A stretch of 64,000 nt of DNA. Source: Salpingoeca rosetta. Taxonomy: Eukaryota > Protista > Choanoflagellata. The position numbers and the translations under genes were made by a program. Positions 13,641 to 37,096 of the stretch are shown one piece after another. The stretch spans positions 1,061,714 to 1,125,713 of the forward strand of contig JAWQFM010000012.1 in assembly GCA_033442325.1 (NCBI GenBank), read 5' to 3'. Each line of letters opens with the position of its first letter. The stretch's first letter is position 1. The notes beneath the pieces are model-generated. The model was not told where the DNA came from, made no database searches, and saw only the letters and a list, made by a program, of their open reading frames with translations.

Positions 13641-14407
13641 CGTAACCACGTCTCATGCGTGTGTCTTTGTGTGTGCGTATGTGTGTGCGTATGTGTGTGT
13701 GCGTGTGTGTGTGTGCGCGCGCGCGCGTGTGTGTGTGTCTTTTTTTTTCTTTGTGTGTGTCTTTTTGTGTGTATCGGTACTTTGACCATTGTGTTTTGGT
13801 TGTGTGCCACCAACGCTCACGAGGCTTCACCACCACCAAGTTAGCTGCTGCTGACCTTGCTCATCCTGCTAGTTGTTTCTGTTTCCCTCCCCTTCTCCCT
13901 TTCGTATCTCTTGCCATAGGTGTGAAGCTTTCACAACGTATGTGTGTATGTGTGTGTGTGTATGAGTTTGTGTGCGTTTGTGTGCTCTCCTTGATTGCAT
14001 TCGGTGGCTGTGGGAAGTGCCATTTCGTCTTCCTGTGTTTTGCTTGCTTTTCTTGGCCCCCATTTCTCGTTTCCCTGTTTGCTGTATTGGGCTCAAATCG
14101 AACCACCTCAGTGAACAGCGCCATGACAGCTGCCTGCCGACAATGATGATGATGTTGATGATGTTGATGATGTTGATGATGATGACATATGTAACAGCAT
14201 GTTGCGCGGGTGAACCGCTGGCAGGAAACGCCTGCCGGCAACATGGCAAAACAGGCGAGGCAGGAGGTAATGTGATGTAACACAACACAACAAATCGGCG
14301 TCAAACAGGAGCGAGCTCTCGTGCACAAGTCATGGTGTGGGATTGATTGTTGGCGTGGTGGTGTGCGAATAGAGACTGCTAGGGGGCCGTGCTGCTGCTG
14401 CCATCCA

Positions 14408-15004
14408 TCACATGTTGATGGATGAACGATACAGCCTCTCCTTGTGCCTTCGCGCATGCTCCAACTGTGAAACGGGCCCGGGAGGGGGGACAGGCGAGCA
14501 AGTGGTGATTCGTGTGAGATGTGGATGGAAGCAGAGTGCAAGTGTGTGTGTGTGTGCGTATGTGTGTGAACAAGCAAGCGTGTGTTCCGGAAAGGACTGA
14601 TCATACACACACAACACAACATAATACAACACACACACACGCGTGCGCACACATGCATATACACCATTGCATGTACACGTACGCACCTTTTTCGCCTTGC
14701 GATATGCCTTGACAAATTCGCCAACTTCCATTTCGTCTGAACCAGATCCGACACGAGTCAAATGCATGAGCGTGAGCGAAGTCTTGAAGCGATGATCACA
14801 TTTGCATCATAGTCGGTCACGAAGCTTGTGTGCATCGTGAAAAGGTAAACAGCTAATTGCTACAGGCGAGTGCGTGAGCAGATGCATCAACGGACCATCG
14901 TGAAACTTGTCCAGAATTTCCTCTGCTTGTCCTTCCGCCTCCGACGCCTGAACTGCCAGTGTCGCTGCAATTGTGTCCGAGTTGAATTGCTAGATTTGTT
15001 TGTT

Positions 15005-15074
<70 letters not shown>

Positions 15075-17615
15075 TGGGTGTGGGTGTGTGTGTGGGTGTG
15101 GGTGTGTGTGTGTGGGTGTGTGTGTGTGGGTGGGTTGGGTTGCGCAGAGGGGGTGACAGCAGCGTGAGTTGTGTTGCAAGGGAGAACGTCATGACGATGC
15201 GGTGCACACGTTCAACACTTGAGGGGAGAACAGATGGACAGGACAGAACAGAACGAGAGGATGGAAGGGGGGGGGTTCAACGCACACATACACAACAAAC
15301 ACACATGCATGTGGCGAGCGAACGCGTGTGCAACATCGATTGTACTCACGTCGGCCAAATCCGTTTGCTTGGACACTTTTGCCTGCACGCTTTCTGTCCG
15401 CCTGAAGATTTCGTCCTGAAGAGACTTCAACTCCGCCTTTGCCGCATTCAACTCGGGCTCCATCGACAGGTTTTGTTCTGCCAGGTGAACCACAGTTGTG
15501 AATGTGTGTGTGGAGTGTAAAAGGAAGTGCTTCTGCATGCAACGAAGATCGAGCAAGCAAATACACACACGCACACACACACATGCTCACACACATGCGT
15601 GGCGTACCTGCGAGAACAGCGACGGCGTGCTTTGTGTGCTCGACGGCCTGGATGCACTGGTTGGTGTAGTCGAGGCCCTCCACGAATTCGTCGATTTTCG
15701 CCGATGACGAGCGTAGCGCCTCAAGCTCCTCCATGCTGGTGGTGGTGATGACGATGTGGTCATGGGGTGATGGCATGATGGGTGAAGACATGGTGATGAT
15801 GTATGATGTGGTGGCGATGATTTGTTGGTTGGATCGTGATGGCGAACGGAGAGGGCAGTCAAGCAGTTGCGTCGATGGAAGCAAAGGTACAGTGACATGC
15901 AACATACACACATGAAATACAAACACATGTACACACATGCATACACATGCACACAGAACTATATGTGCACAACACGAAGACGATGGCGCCAACCTCATGT
16001 CTTTGATGAGGTGCTCAACATCTGGGAGCGCCGGCAAATGCGCGCTGCCAGTGCTGGCGCTGGCGCTGTGTGTATGTGTGTGGGAGTGACCCGTTGCATT
16101 TGTGGACGCCGAGTAGTGGCTGTGCTGGCTGTAACTGGGGCTGTGTGTCGACGGCGATGTTGGGGACCTGAGAGATGTCAAACACAAGACCGGTGCAGGA
16201 GGAAGGAGCAAAAGTACAACGTCATCTCATACATCTTTACGCTTGATGCCAAGATTGCGACAAGTGATATGAAGCAGGAACAAAGGGCCAATGGTGCTAG
16301 CGCTAGTGATCATGTGCCGCACACAGACGTACATGAGAAAGTGCGGTGGGTTGTCGGTGAGTTGGCGGATGACCTGATGCGCGACCTGGCCGAGATCAGA
16401 CGTCATGCTCCACTGCTCATGCCGTACGCGAGGGACAGAGAGACAGAGACAGAGGTGGGTAGGGGCGAGCGGTGGTTTGTAGGGGGCGTGGTTGTGTGTG
16501 TGGGTGGGGGGGGGGAGGGGTTGTGCGTGTGTGTTGTTTTATGTGCATGAGACAATGTGACACGCATGCACACACACAACACACACAACACACACAACAC
16601 ACACAACACACACAACACACACAACACACAACACACACGCACACGAAACTATCGACTGCAGTGTGCTGTATGTCACATGCGTTTGCCGTACCTCTTGCAG
16701 AAGATGGCAGCCAGTGACAGATCCCTGCATTGTTGGGAAACAAGAACAAAGGCCACGTGCGAGTGTGTGTGTGTGTGTGAGCTGGCTGCCTCGAGATGGT
16801 GCCTGCCGGTGTAGGATGTCCACAACGTTGTGCAGGCAGGTCAGAAGAAACAAGTGACAGCAAGAACAGCAAGAACAACAACAGCGACAGGTAGTGGCGG
16901 ACAGCAGCAGCAGTTAAGACACATGTGCATACGGAAGAAGGCTCGAGCCATGGATGCTGCATGGGCGGGCCTTGGACGCTGAGAACCGGCGGCGCCTGGG
17001 GAAAGTTGATGGGAAGGAAGCTGCGCAAGCACAGACGACACAAACCAAGCGGCCGCATGCGTGTGCAGCGACAAGAATAAGAAGAAGAAAAAGAAGCGGC
17101 AAGAAGAAGAAAAGTGGTGAGGCCTGGAAGCTGTAGAAGAGCCAGTGAGCGAACAAACCAATCACGAGGACCAGCAATCTCCCCTACTCGACCGGGGAAC
17201 AGGCGCACAAGAACGGAACCAACATGGTGAGGGTGAGGGATTTGCCTTTCGCCGTGAATGGAACACGGAACTTGCTGTTTGGCGTCACCGTCTCCACCCT
17301 GAACAACGGTAGAAGCAAGAAACCCGGCGTTAGTCAGTCATTGCTTCGATGCATGGTGTGTGTGTGTGTGTGTGAGTGTGAAGTAGCGCTCTTGAAGACA
17401 AATGGGGCTTTGAGGAGCTGGGGGGTTTGAGGACAAGAGGACGAAACACAAACACTCAGACAACCAAACTAGAACAGACAGAACAGATGGTGGGCACACC
17501 TGCATTTCGATTCCAAGGATTGGATATGTCTGCGGCGCAAGTCCGACAGGTGGGTGGTGGACTGTGACGCTTGTTGCGTCGCCGTACCACCACCAACACG
17601 GAAGCTGAACGACAT
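14408..17615 (-). CDS. VPS37A: ESCRT-I subunit VPS37A-like (N-terminal UEV-like domain plus Mod(r) domain), multi-exon
   Basis: Pieces MSFSFRVGGG...LSDLRRRHIQSLESK, KFRVPFTAKGKSLTLT and FLPINFPQAPPVLSVQGPPMQHPWL resemble the VPS37A UEV-like region. AEQNLSMEPELNAAKAEL and EMEVGEFVKAYRKAKK-LEHARRHK resemble Mod(r). Confidence 0.8.
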
Positions 17616-18357
17616 TGGGTGGGTTTTGTTTGTGCGGGTCCACCAAAGAGGGGGGTTGGTTGGTTGGCTGTCTTCTTCTTAGCTCGTTGCTTGCTCTTGA
17701 TGTTGTAGAAATGTAGTTGAAGATTTCCACCAACAATCCACAATGATGACACATCGAATGTGTGGTGCTGTTTGTTGGAGTGGCTGCTCGTCAAGTCACA
17801 TCGCAACATCACGCACACACACACACACACACGCACACACAAACACACATACACACACACTCTCTCACTCTCACACACATGCTTCTCGTTGCGTGAGTGT
17901 GGCCATTATCATGCAGTGTAGTCATCAACGAAAGCTACAGTGGTCTGTATCATGTGTGGAGAATGAGGTCAGTCACAGAAACACACAGACACACAATCAC
18001 ACACACAAAAGGTGGAACTGCAAGAACACAAAAGACATTGAAAAGCAACTGTAACTGCAGCAATAGCAGCGCGAGAGTTAACGACTCAAAGACTCCCTGC
18101 CAAAAGTAATTCAGGACAGAACAGGCTGTAACACAAGAACAAGCAGATGCGAAATCAAATCGACCAAGCCACATGGAGGATACTGTTGCAACGTTGAAGT
18201 GCCCAGCCAACCGGCAAGGAAAACACGACAACAATTCACAGATCTGAAGCAGAACAACGGGAGAAATGGCAGACAGGCCACCGCCTTCACCTCCCCTCCC
18301 CCCCTCTCCCCCCCTCCCCTCTCCCTCTGGTCACGTTGCTTCACTGGTGTCCACCAT

Positions 18358-18603
18358 TCACCACGACAGGTCGTCATCCTTCTTGAAGGAGAGGGTGGGG
18401 CTGTTTTCCGAGTAGAACTGGCTGTACCAGCGCCGGTGCTGGGCAATGAGCTTGTCCTCCTTGACCAGCACGGGGTTCTTGCGGTACATCTTGTTGTTCC
18501 ACACCATGACGTCGCGCTCAACTTGCTTCGCCTCGCCAATCAGATAGAACTTGGACACAATTTGCGGCACCGTGAACGACGAGTAGATGGTGTGCGTCAG
18601 CTC

Positions 18604-18664
<61 letters not shown>

Positions 18665-20411
18665 CGTGCGTGTGTGTATGAGTATGTGTATGTGTGTGTG
18701 TGTGTAAAATTGAGAGAATATGCGTGACAATATGTGCAAGCGAGGAACATCAGACACAACAGACGGTAGAGCAAGGTGCTTCATCAAAAGACACACACGC
18801 CATACGCACATACGCACACACGCACATGCACGCACCTGGTAGAGGGGCTCGACGGGGGTGAGGGTCTGGACAAACACGCCGGTGCCGAAGAAGGAGGACC
18901 ACTCGAGATACACAAGCCCAGGGCCAACCTGCAGTCGTGGTGGTGGTGATACCACGTGGTGGCGTTGAGGGTACCCGGGGAAAGGCACAAGGCTTCATGT
19001 GCGTGTGTGTCGTGCACACAAATACAAGGACACGATAGGCACACTTGCATGCACGCCCCCCCCCGCCCGCTCGGCACTGCAAGAGATGTGGACCTGTGTC
19101 GCCGTGAGCTTGATGTCCATGACGGGGAGTTCATGTCCGAAGATGGAAAGACGATGGACAAGGTTGAGGACGGAGAGATGCTTCTTGCCAGGCTCCTCCA
19201 CAGGCGCCCACGACGCGTACCAGTTGTGTTTCACAAACTCAAACCGCGAGCTAATCGGACAGGAGAAGTGTGTGTGTGTGTGTGTGTGAGTGTGTGTGTG
19301 CGTGTGTGAGTGTGTGCGTGCGTGCGTGTGTGTGCGTGCGTGCGTGTGTGTGCGTGCGTGCGTGTGTGCGTGTGTGTGTGTGTGTGCGTTTGGGGGTTGC
19401 ATACACGACACGACACACGACACACGACACACGACACACGACGACGTACACGTGACGACATGTGAGAAGAAAGCACCTTTGTGCTTCACAGAGACACAGG
19501 TCTTGCCAAACGACAACACGCACGCGCGTGCACGGACCTGTGTGTATCTCTGAGGTCTGTGCCCGAGAGGAGACCGGGTCCATGCAGGTAGTGGAGATGC
19601 GCCACGTCCGCGCCGTTCTCAGGCACCTCCTGCACACACGCACGCACGCACGCATGAGGGGAAGGAGGGTTGGAGTGGTCACTTGTGAGCAACATGTCAT
19701 GCACACACGCACACAACACACAAAAACACACGTACACACGTACACAGCACACACGCACACACACAACACACGCGTACCTGGATGTGGCAGTTGAGGTAGT
19801 GGCGGGTGAACCCGCTCCACCACCAGCCGTTGTTGATCTTCTTCAGCTCGGGCGGGTACCACGTGGGATCCCGGTCCTCTGCATCAAACCTGATCACGGC
19901 AACGGGCAAGACGATGGTGGTGATGACGATGGTGAGAATGGTGAGGTGCGCATCTTGTCGTGAGACAGGCAGCTGCACGCACATGCGCACACACACACAC
20001 ACATACACACGCATACATCGTCACACATCACACGCACACGCACACACTCATGCACACACGCATACATCCACACATACATCCACGCACGCATACCGTACCA
20101 GAGGAGGACGTGGCCGTTGACCTCGTGGACGTGGTAGGAGGTGGTGTGCGCCTGCTCGGGGATCTTGGACTTGCTGTAGGGGATGTCTGTGCACTTGCCC
20201 TCGCAGTTGAACTTCCAGCCGTGGAACGGGCAGTGCAGCGTCTCGCCAACAACCATGCCGCCTGCAGCGCAAAGGAGGCGGAAGCGGGTCGGGTAGCGGG
20301 TGAAGCGGGTGAAGCGGGTGAAGCGGGTGAAGAGCGGGGGAGGTGACTTGTGAGTGAGTTATGGAAGGGTAGTGGCCAAGACACGAGAAGCCAAACGCAA
20401 AGCAACAAAGC

Positions 20412-20472
<61 letters not shown>

Positions 20473-20978
20473 GCGGCAAGGTTGGCGCCGAGATGGGTGC
20501 AGTAGGCGTCCAGACAGCCGACCTTGCCAGACTCCGTGCGGAACACAGCAAACTCCTTTCCAAGAATATGCACCTGCTTGGCGCCTTAGTTGGTGTGAAG
20601 TGTGTGGGTGTGGGTGCACAGGCACAAGCGTGTGGGCTAAAACGACGTGACCGCGCTCTCAGACTCGACTGTCGTGGCGGCGGCAAGAACATTGGCCAGT
20701 CACATTGGCCAGTCATATTGGCCAGTCATCACACCGCAACCAACACCCAGAGCTCACTCACTGCCTGGCTTGAGGTCGCGCGAAAAGCAGAGCTGGAACC
20801 AGCCATTGGGATACACGGGTGGAAGGTCGCCTGTCAACCGGCGCCGGCGCACCTGTCAGGTGATATTGGCAAGGGAACAGCGAGACGAAAGGCATCCTTG
20901 TGAACCAACTGCGACGCAACGCAACGCAACGCAACGCAACGCAACACACACACACAGACACACAGACACACAGACACA

Positions 20979-21037
<59 letters not shown>

Positions 21038-21434
21038 GCACGCACACGCGCGCGCGCTCATGCACCGACGATGCAGCGCCTGTTCCGCCTCCTCAAAAGC
21101 AATACATTTCCCCGTTCACGTCGTCCACTGCCTCCCTCAACCCTGCCCCCGCCCTGGTGCACACCTCATTGGCGCGCTCGACGCGGCTCTGGTCCGGCTC
21201 CATCAGGTATCCGACGTCGTGCATTCGACGACGGTAGCGGGCAGGCACGAAGAGAAGGCGGTACACGAGGTAGACGGCGGTGAGGACGACAGTCCAGAAG
21301 AGGAGCCGACTGCCCATCACGGTGTCCACAACGACGCCAGCCTCTCCAACAACGGCCTCCCACTCACGCTGCACGGTTTCTGACTGTGGCAGCATGTCGG
21401 CAAGCTGCGCCACTGCTGTCGTGACCACCCCCAT
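18358..21434 (-). CDS. nvd: Rieske-type cholesterol 7-desaturase (Neverland/DAF-36 family), multi-exon
   Basis: N-terminal TM ([21 protein letters not shown]); YPNGWF; Rieske [13 protein letters not shown]...LHCPFHGW; mononuclear Fe motif [16 protein letters not shown]; C-terminus [42 protein letters not shown], characteristic of Nvd/DAF-36. Confidence 0.93.
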
Positions 21435-21802
21435 CTTTCCGTTTCTTCTGGCTGTGCAGTCTGTCCAAGCGAGGGCAGTGTCGTGCGTGAGCTTTGGCAG
21501 ACAATGCACACCAGTGAACAAACAATGCGTGCAAACGCGAGTGCGTTTCTGTTGCACCCCCATTCACGCAAAAAGCAAGCAATCAGCAAGCAACAAGACA
21601 CACAAAGACAGACGACCTTTGGTTGGCAAACAATACCAGCAGCAGGTGCACCCTCAACACCCACCCACTGCCAGGTTTTTGATGCAAGCAAACCTGGCCA
21701 AGGCAAATTTGCCTTTGTGTGCTGAAGGAAGTCAAACTTGACTTTTGAGGACCGCGAATTTTTCAAACCGCCAAGCAAACGAAGACAAGACAACGCTCAA
21801 AG

Positions 21803-22041
21803 ATGGCATCGACGCTGCGCAAGGCCACGGACATCTGTCAGGAGACACGCGAGGTGTTGGACCCGGAGGAGGATGTTGCCAAGGTGCAAGCCATCAAGGA
21901 GGCCACCCACGCCACCTTTGAGGGGTGGAGCAAAGAGGAAAAGTCCCTCCAAGACCAAATCAGAGGTGTGTGCCTGCGTATGTGTGTGTTTGTGTGCGTG
22001 TGTGTGATGCAGAAAGGTGTGGGATGCAGAGTGTGCTTGTT

Positions 22042-22093
<52 letters not shown>

Positions 22094-23300
22094 CGTGCGT
22101 GCGTATGCGTGTGTGTGTGCGTGCTTGTGTTTGTGTGCTTGTTTGTTTGTGAATCAGTGTGTGGATATGAGGGTGCATCTTGTGTTTTGTTGGTTGTGCA
22201 TGTGTCAGCGAAGCAGTCTGGTACCCATAGCATGTGTCTCGTGTGTTCACATGCGCGCCCATGCTCACGCGTGTAAACGCTCAACTGTTTCCTTTGACTG
22301 ACTGTTGAACTGATCCCAACCATTCAAACACAACTCAACTCAACCGCAGAGCTAACGCGGGAGTACGAAGAGAGCAAACGCGCAATCCCAGACGCCCTGA
22401 CCGAGGAAGACCAGGAGCGGGCACTGGATGTGCTTGACGAGCAGCTGCAGCAAGCAGCAACCTCGTGTCGAACACAAGAGGATGCGCTCACCCGCAAGCG
22501 TGCGCAGATCAAGGCCCTGAAAACGGAGATTGAGGACCTGGAACGCAAGAAGGTGGACATTCAGCGACAAGCCAAGGAGAACTCCGCAGCCGCCAAGCGG
22601 TGCGTGTATGTGTGTATGTATGTGTTGTGTGTATGTGTGTGTTGTTTGTATGTGTGTATGTATGTGTGTATGTGTGTTTGTGTGTGCGTGTGTGTGTGTG
22701 TGTTTATGTGTGTGTAAGTGCATTAATTCTTGTGTGTCTGTGTGTGCGTCCTGTTGTCACACCGCTATGCGTGCGTACACGCACTGTTGGTGCCACGGTT
22801 CAAAGATACCTCATGTATCGCCGTCGTTGGCATTCTTCTTGCGCTTGTGCAGGTCTACGCTGCAGCTCTATGAGACGGTGACGGGCCTCAAGTGGGAGTA
22901 CACGGAGCAGCAGCGCGTCAGCGGATGTGAGTAGCCGCCTTGACCACATTTCTTGTCGTATCATTTCACTTGCAACATCACTCGCACGCCCACACGGAAT
23001 GCACAGCTTTGTCCCCTCACACTGGGCAGTCCGCGGCATGCGCTCACACGCGACACCACGCACACATGTACATCTGAACACACACACACACACACGCACG
23101 CACACTCACTCGCCCACGCACTCGCACATTCATCTACACACACGCGCGCGCGCATCACACGCACTTGCACACATCTATCTACATTAGATGTGTCTGGCAA
23201 AGCAGGGTACTTGAACACGTTCTCCTTCAACCCCGAGCGGCAAACGCCGTTCTTCATCGCAGAGAAGTTGTGGCAGGAAATTGGCATCGCCTGCCAGTAG
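21803..23300 (+). CDS. SPC24: Kinetochore NDC80-complex subunit Spc24-like (coiled coil plus RWD-like head), 4 exons
   Basis: Exons ~21803-21965, 22351-22600, 22853-22927 and 23188-23300. Long coiled coil followed by LQLYETVTGLKWEY...SFNPERQTPFFIAEKLW, matching the Spc24 C-terminal signature (LY..I.W.Y ... F..d.LW). Confidence 0.75.
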
Positions 23301-23772
23301 TGGACCCTGCAACACACCAAGAACGTACCAACAACCCACCCTTCATGCACACATGCACGCAGGCGTCAGTATTGCTGCGGCTGCTTCTGCTGTGGCAACT
23401 GGCGAGTTGTGTGGCGTTGTGGTGCTGCTGCTGTAATGTCTCATGCCAGCCAGAAAAGCCTCTGCTTCCCCTCTCCACCACCGTCACCTGCACTGGATGT
23501 GCCAGTGCATTTGCTTCTCTCATCCGCCTAACTGCTCTCCTTGCTTCCTATGCTTTACTTACGGACGTTGAACACGAGTTATGTTGTTGTGCTGTTTTGC
23601 TGTTTTGTTGCTGCGTGGTGTTGTGTGAAGTGTTGATGCTGTTGTGCTGTGATGTTGTGGTCGTGTGATGGTGTCAGCACGCGACACGCATCCGAAACAT
23701 AAACCAAACAATGACCACCACTCGTCATCAGCAGCTCAACACTGAGCTCGTTTATGGCTTTGGTGGGTGCCC

Positions 23773-28257
<4,485 letters not shown>

Positions 28258-28329
28258 CGTCGTTGTTGTTGCGCGAAATTGCGCGTTCAAACTTTCCCGC
28301 ACCTTCTCTTTGAACTCTGTGTGTGTGTG

Positions 28330-28405
<76 letters not shown>

Positions 28406-28673
28406 GATACTTGCTCTTGTTTGTTAGCTCACGCCAAGGCCCCCCTCTCCCACCTCTCCAACCCACCACTACAGACCCCCTTCCCTCCACACCTCCTGCT
28501 TCTTCTTCCACCGTTTACTGCGCTTGACTACAAAACACGCCATGCTGTGCAACAGGTTTGGTTCAATTAACACGGGAAACAATCAGACAAGTGAGAGAGA
28601 GAGAGAGGTGGTGATGCAACAAACAAGGAGGCACTTTGCAAAAGGTGATGGGTGAGGAGAGGAGCCACCACGG

Positions 28674-34785
<6,112 letters not shown>

Positions 34786-34887
34786 GTTGGTGTCACAGTC
34801 AACAGGCTGGCTGAAGCAATATGCACGCACGACACCACAAATTGCACAGAACAACACCTCTGCCGCCAACAACACCGACCGAACATC

Positions 34888-35292
34888 ATGGAGCGTGCCG
34901 TGTTGGATGTGAGCGAGCCAGCGATCCAGGAGCTGGTGCAGCAGGCTGAAGTTGCTGCGCGGGACGAGAGCATCGCGTGCACGCCGTCAGATAGCCTGTT
35001 CCTTCAAGCGAATGGAAGAGTGGATGAGCGCAACACTGCGCAGGCGTTTCACAACGCCGTTCTCGCAGACCGATTCATCATCACAGACTACATCCAGAGC
35101 GGCCAGTTTGGGCGAGGTGTGTGTGTGTGTGTGTGCAGATGTGTGTGTTTGTGTGCAGATGTGTGTGTGTGTGTGTGTGCAGATGTGTGTGTGTGTGTGA
35201 AAGTGAGTGCCTCGTTTGCGTTTTCATCAATCGACACGCAAGTGGCATGATACCTTGTTGACAACACACACACACACACTCACACACACACA

Positions 35293-35328
<36 letters not shown>

Positions 35329-36431
35329 CTGGAGAGCGAAGGATCGGGCACACCCGGAGAGTCCGGAGGTGTTCATCAAGACCATTCGCTCCCAGAGCGA
35401 CCGCTTGGGAAGTGGTGCTGCCATTAACCACCAGACACACGAGCGCTTGGCAAGAAAGGAGATTGAGGTACGCCAACATGTGCCGTATTTTGTTATGGGC
35501 ATGTTTAAGTGTTTCAAACGGCTCCTGCTTCCGGCGCCTCCTCGACCCCTACAGCTTCACACTCACACACTCACTCATGCACTCACTCACACACACACAC
35601 ACTCACTCACACACACACACACACACACTCTCTCTCTATCTCTCTCCTCACTCATTTCCAGGTCTTTCTTGAGCGTGGATTTGGTCGCTTGGGAGCGCAC
35701 CCAAACATCGTGACAACTGTCCTGTGCTACGGCTCTGTGGCCGTGCCCAGCAACGGCGCTACGGGCAACGCCTTCTTCTTCCTCTCCCCAGACCTGTGCA
35801 ATGGCGGCGAGCTCTTCGAGTACCTCTGCTTCCAGGTGTGCAGGCAGACGTGTGATTCCCCTCAGTGGTATCTGGCACTGTTGCCACCGTCGTCAGTTGC
35901 AACCGCCACAAACAGACCATCTGACGCTGTCGTTGCAACCATCTCACTGGTGTGCATGTGCTTGCCTGCCCCTTGTTTGCTTGCCTTGGTGGTTTCTGTA
36001 GCGACGCGAGCCGCCGTTTGTTCGCAACTTTGAAGAAAAAACCGCCCGCCGCCTCTTCTCCCAGCTCGTCGCAGGGTACGCGCAGGCAGTGCTCTTATTG
36101 TGGGTGTGTCTCTATGTGTGTGTGGGTGTGCTTGTGTACGTGTGTCTATATGTGTGTGTGTGTGTGTCTGTGTGTCTGTGTGTGTGTGTGTTTGTTCGTG
36201 CTTGCATTTTGCTCTCTCTCTTTTATTCGTGCGATTTGCGGCTGTGCTTCGACACCCCTTGTGATCGTAACCACCGCACCTCACTTCCTGCATGCACACA
36301 TGTACACACCCGCTCCCCCCCCCCGTGCGCAGTGTTCAGCACCTGCACCACAGCGGCCTTTTCCACCGCGATCTCAAGCTCGAGAACCTCGTCCTCGACT
36401 CGAGATTCGTCCTCAAAATCACAGTCAGTCG

Positions 36432-36490
<59 letters not shown>

Positions 36491-36750
36491 CATGTGTGTA
36501 TACATGTGTGTGTCTGTGTGTGTGTGTGTGTGTGTGTATGTAATGCTTTGGTGGAGATATCCACCACCATCCCGCCACCATCTCGCCACCATCCCGCGTC
36601 CCACCATCTTTGTTGTGCACACCACTGCATGTGCACAGGATTTTGGGACAGCCAAATGGGCACACGAGTGTCCGACAGTGACAGATGCAGCAGGACAGCA
36701 GCACGTCGTTGCTCGCACCGTCACAGGCACCCTCGCCTTCCACGTATGTT

Positions 36751-36796
<46 letters not shown>

Positions 36797-37032
36797 GCGT
36801 GGTGCTTCTGCTACTTGCACTATTACCTCACCGCGCACATGTGTGCACGTGCGCATGAGTATGTGCTCACCTCCTTTTTCCCCACCACTGCCTCCATATC
36901 CTCCGCTTGTGTCTCAGCCGCCGGAACTGCGCCGCAGCGGTGCATTCTACCAGCCAGACAAGTTCGACGTGTGGTGCGTCATGATGTGACACATCTGCCA
37001 TGAAATCACGCGCACGCGCATCTACGGAGAGA

Positions 37033-37096
<64 letters not shown>

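Noticed and set aside
12231-13649. Long antisense ORFs (472 aa here; also 2494-3885 and 59520-61073)
   Set aside because: These are shadow frames of GC-rich coding exons on the opposite strand with no recognisable motifs.
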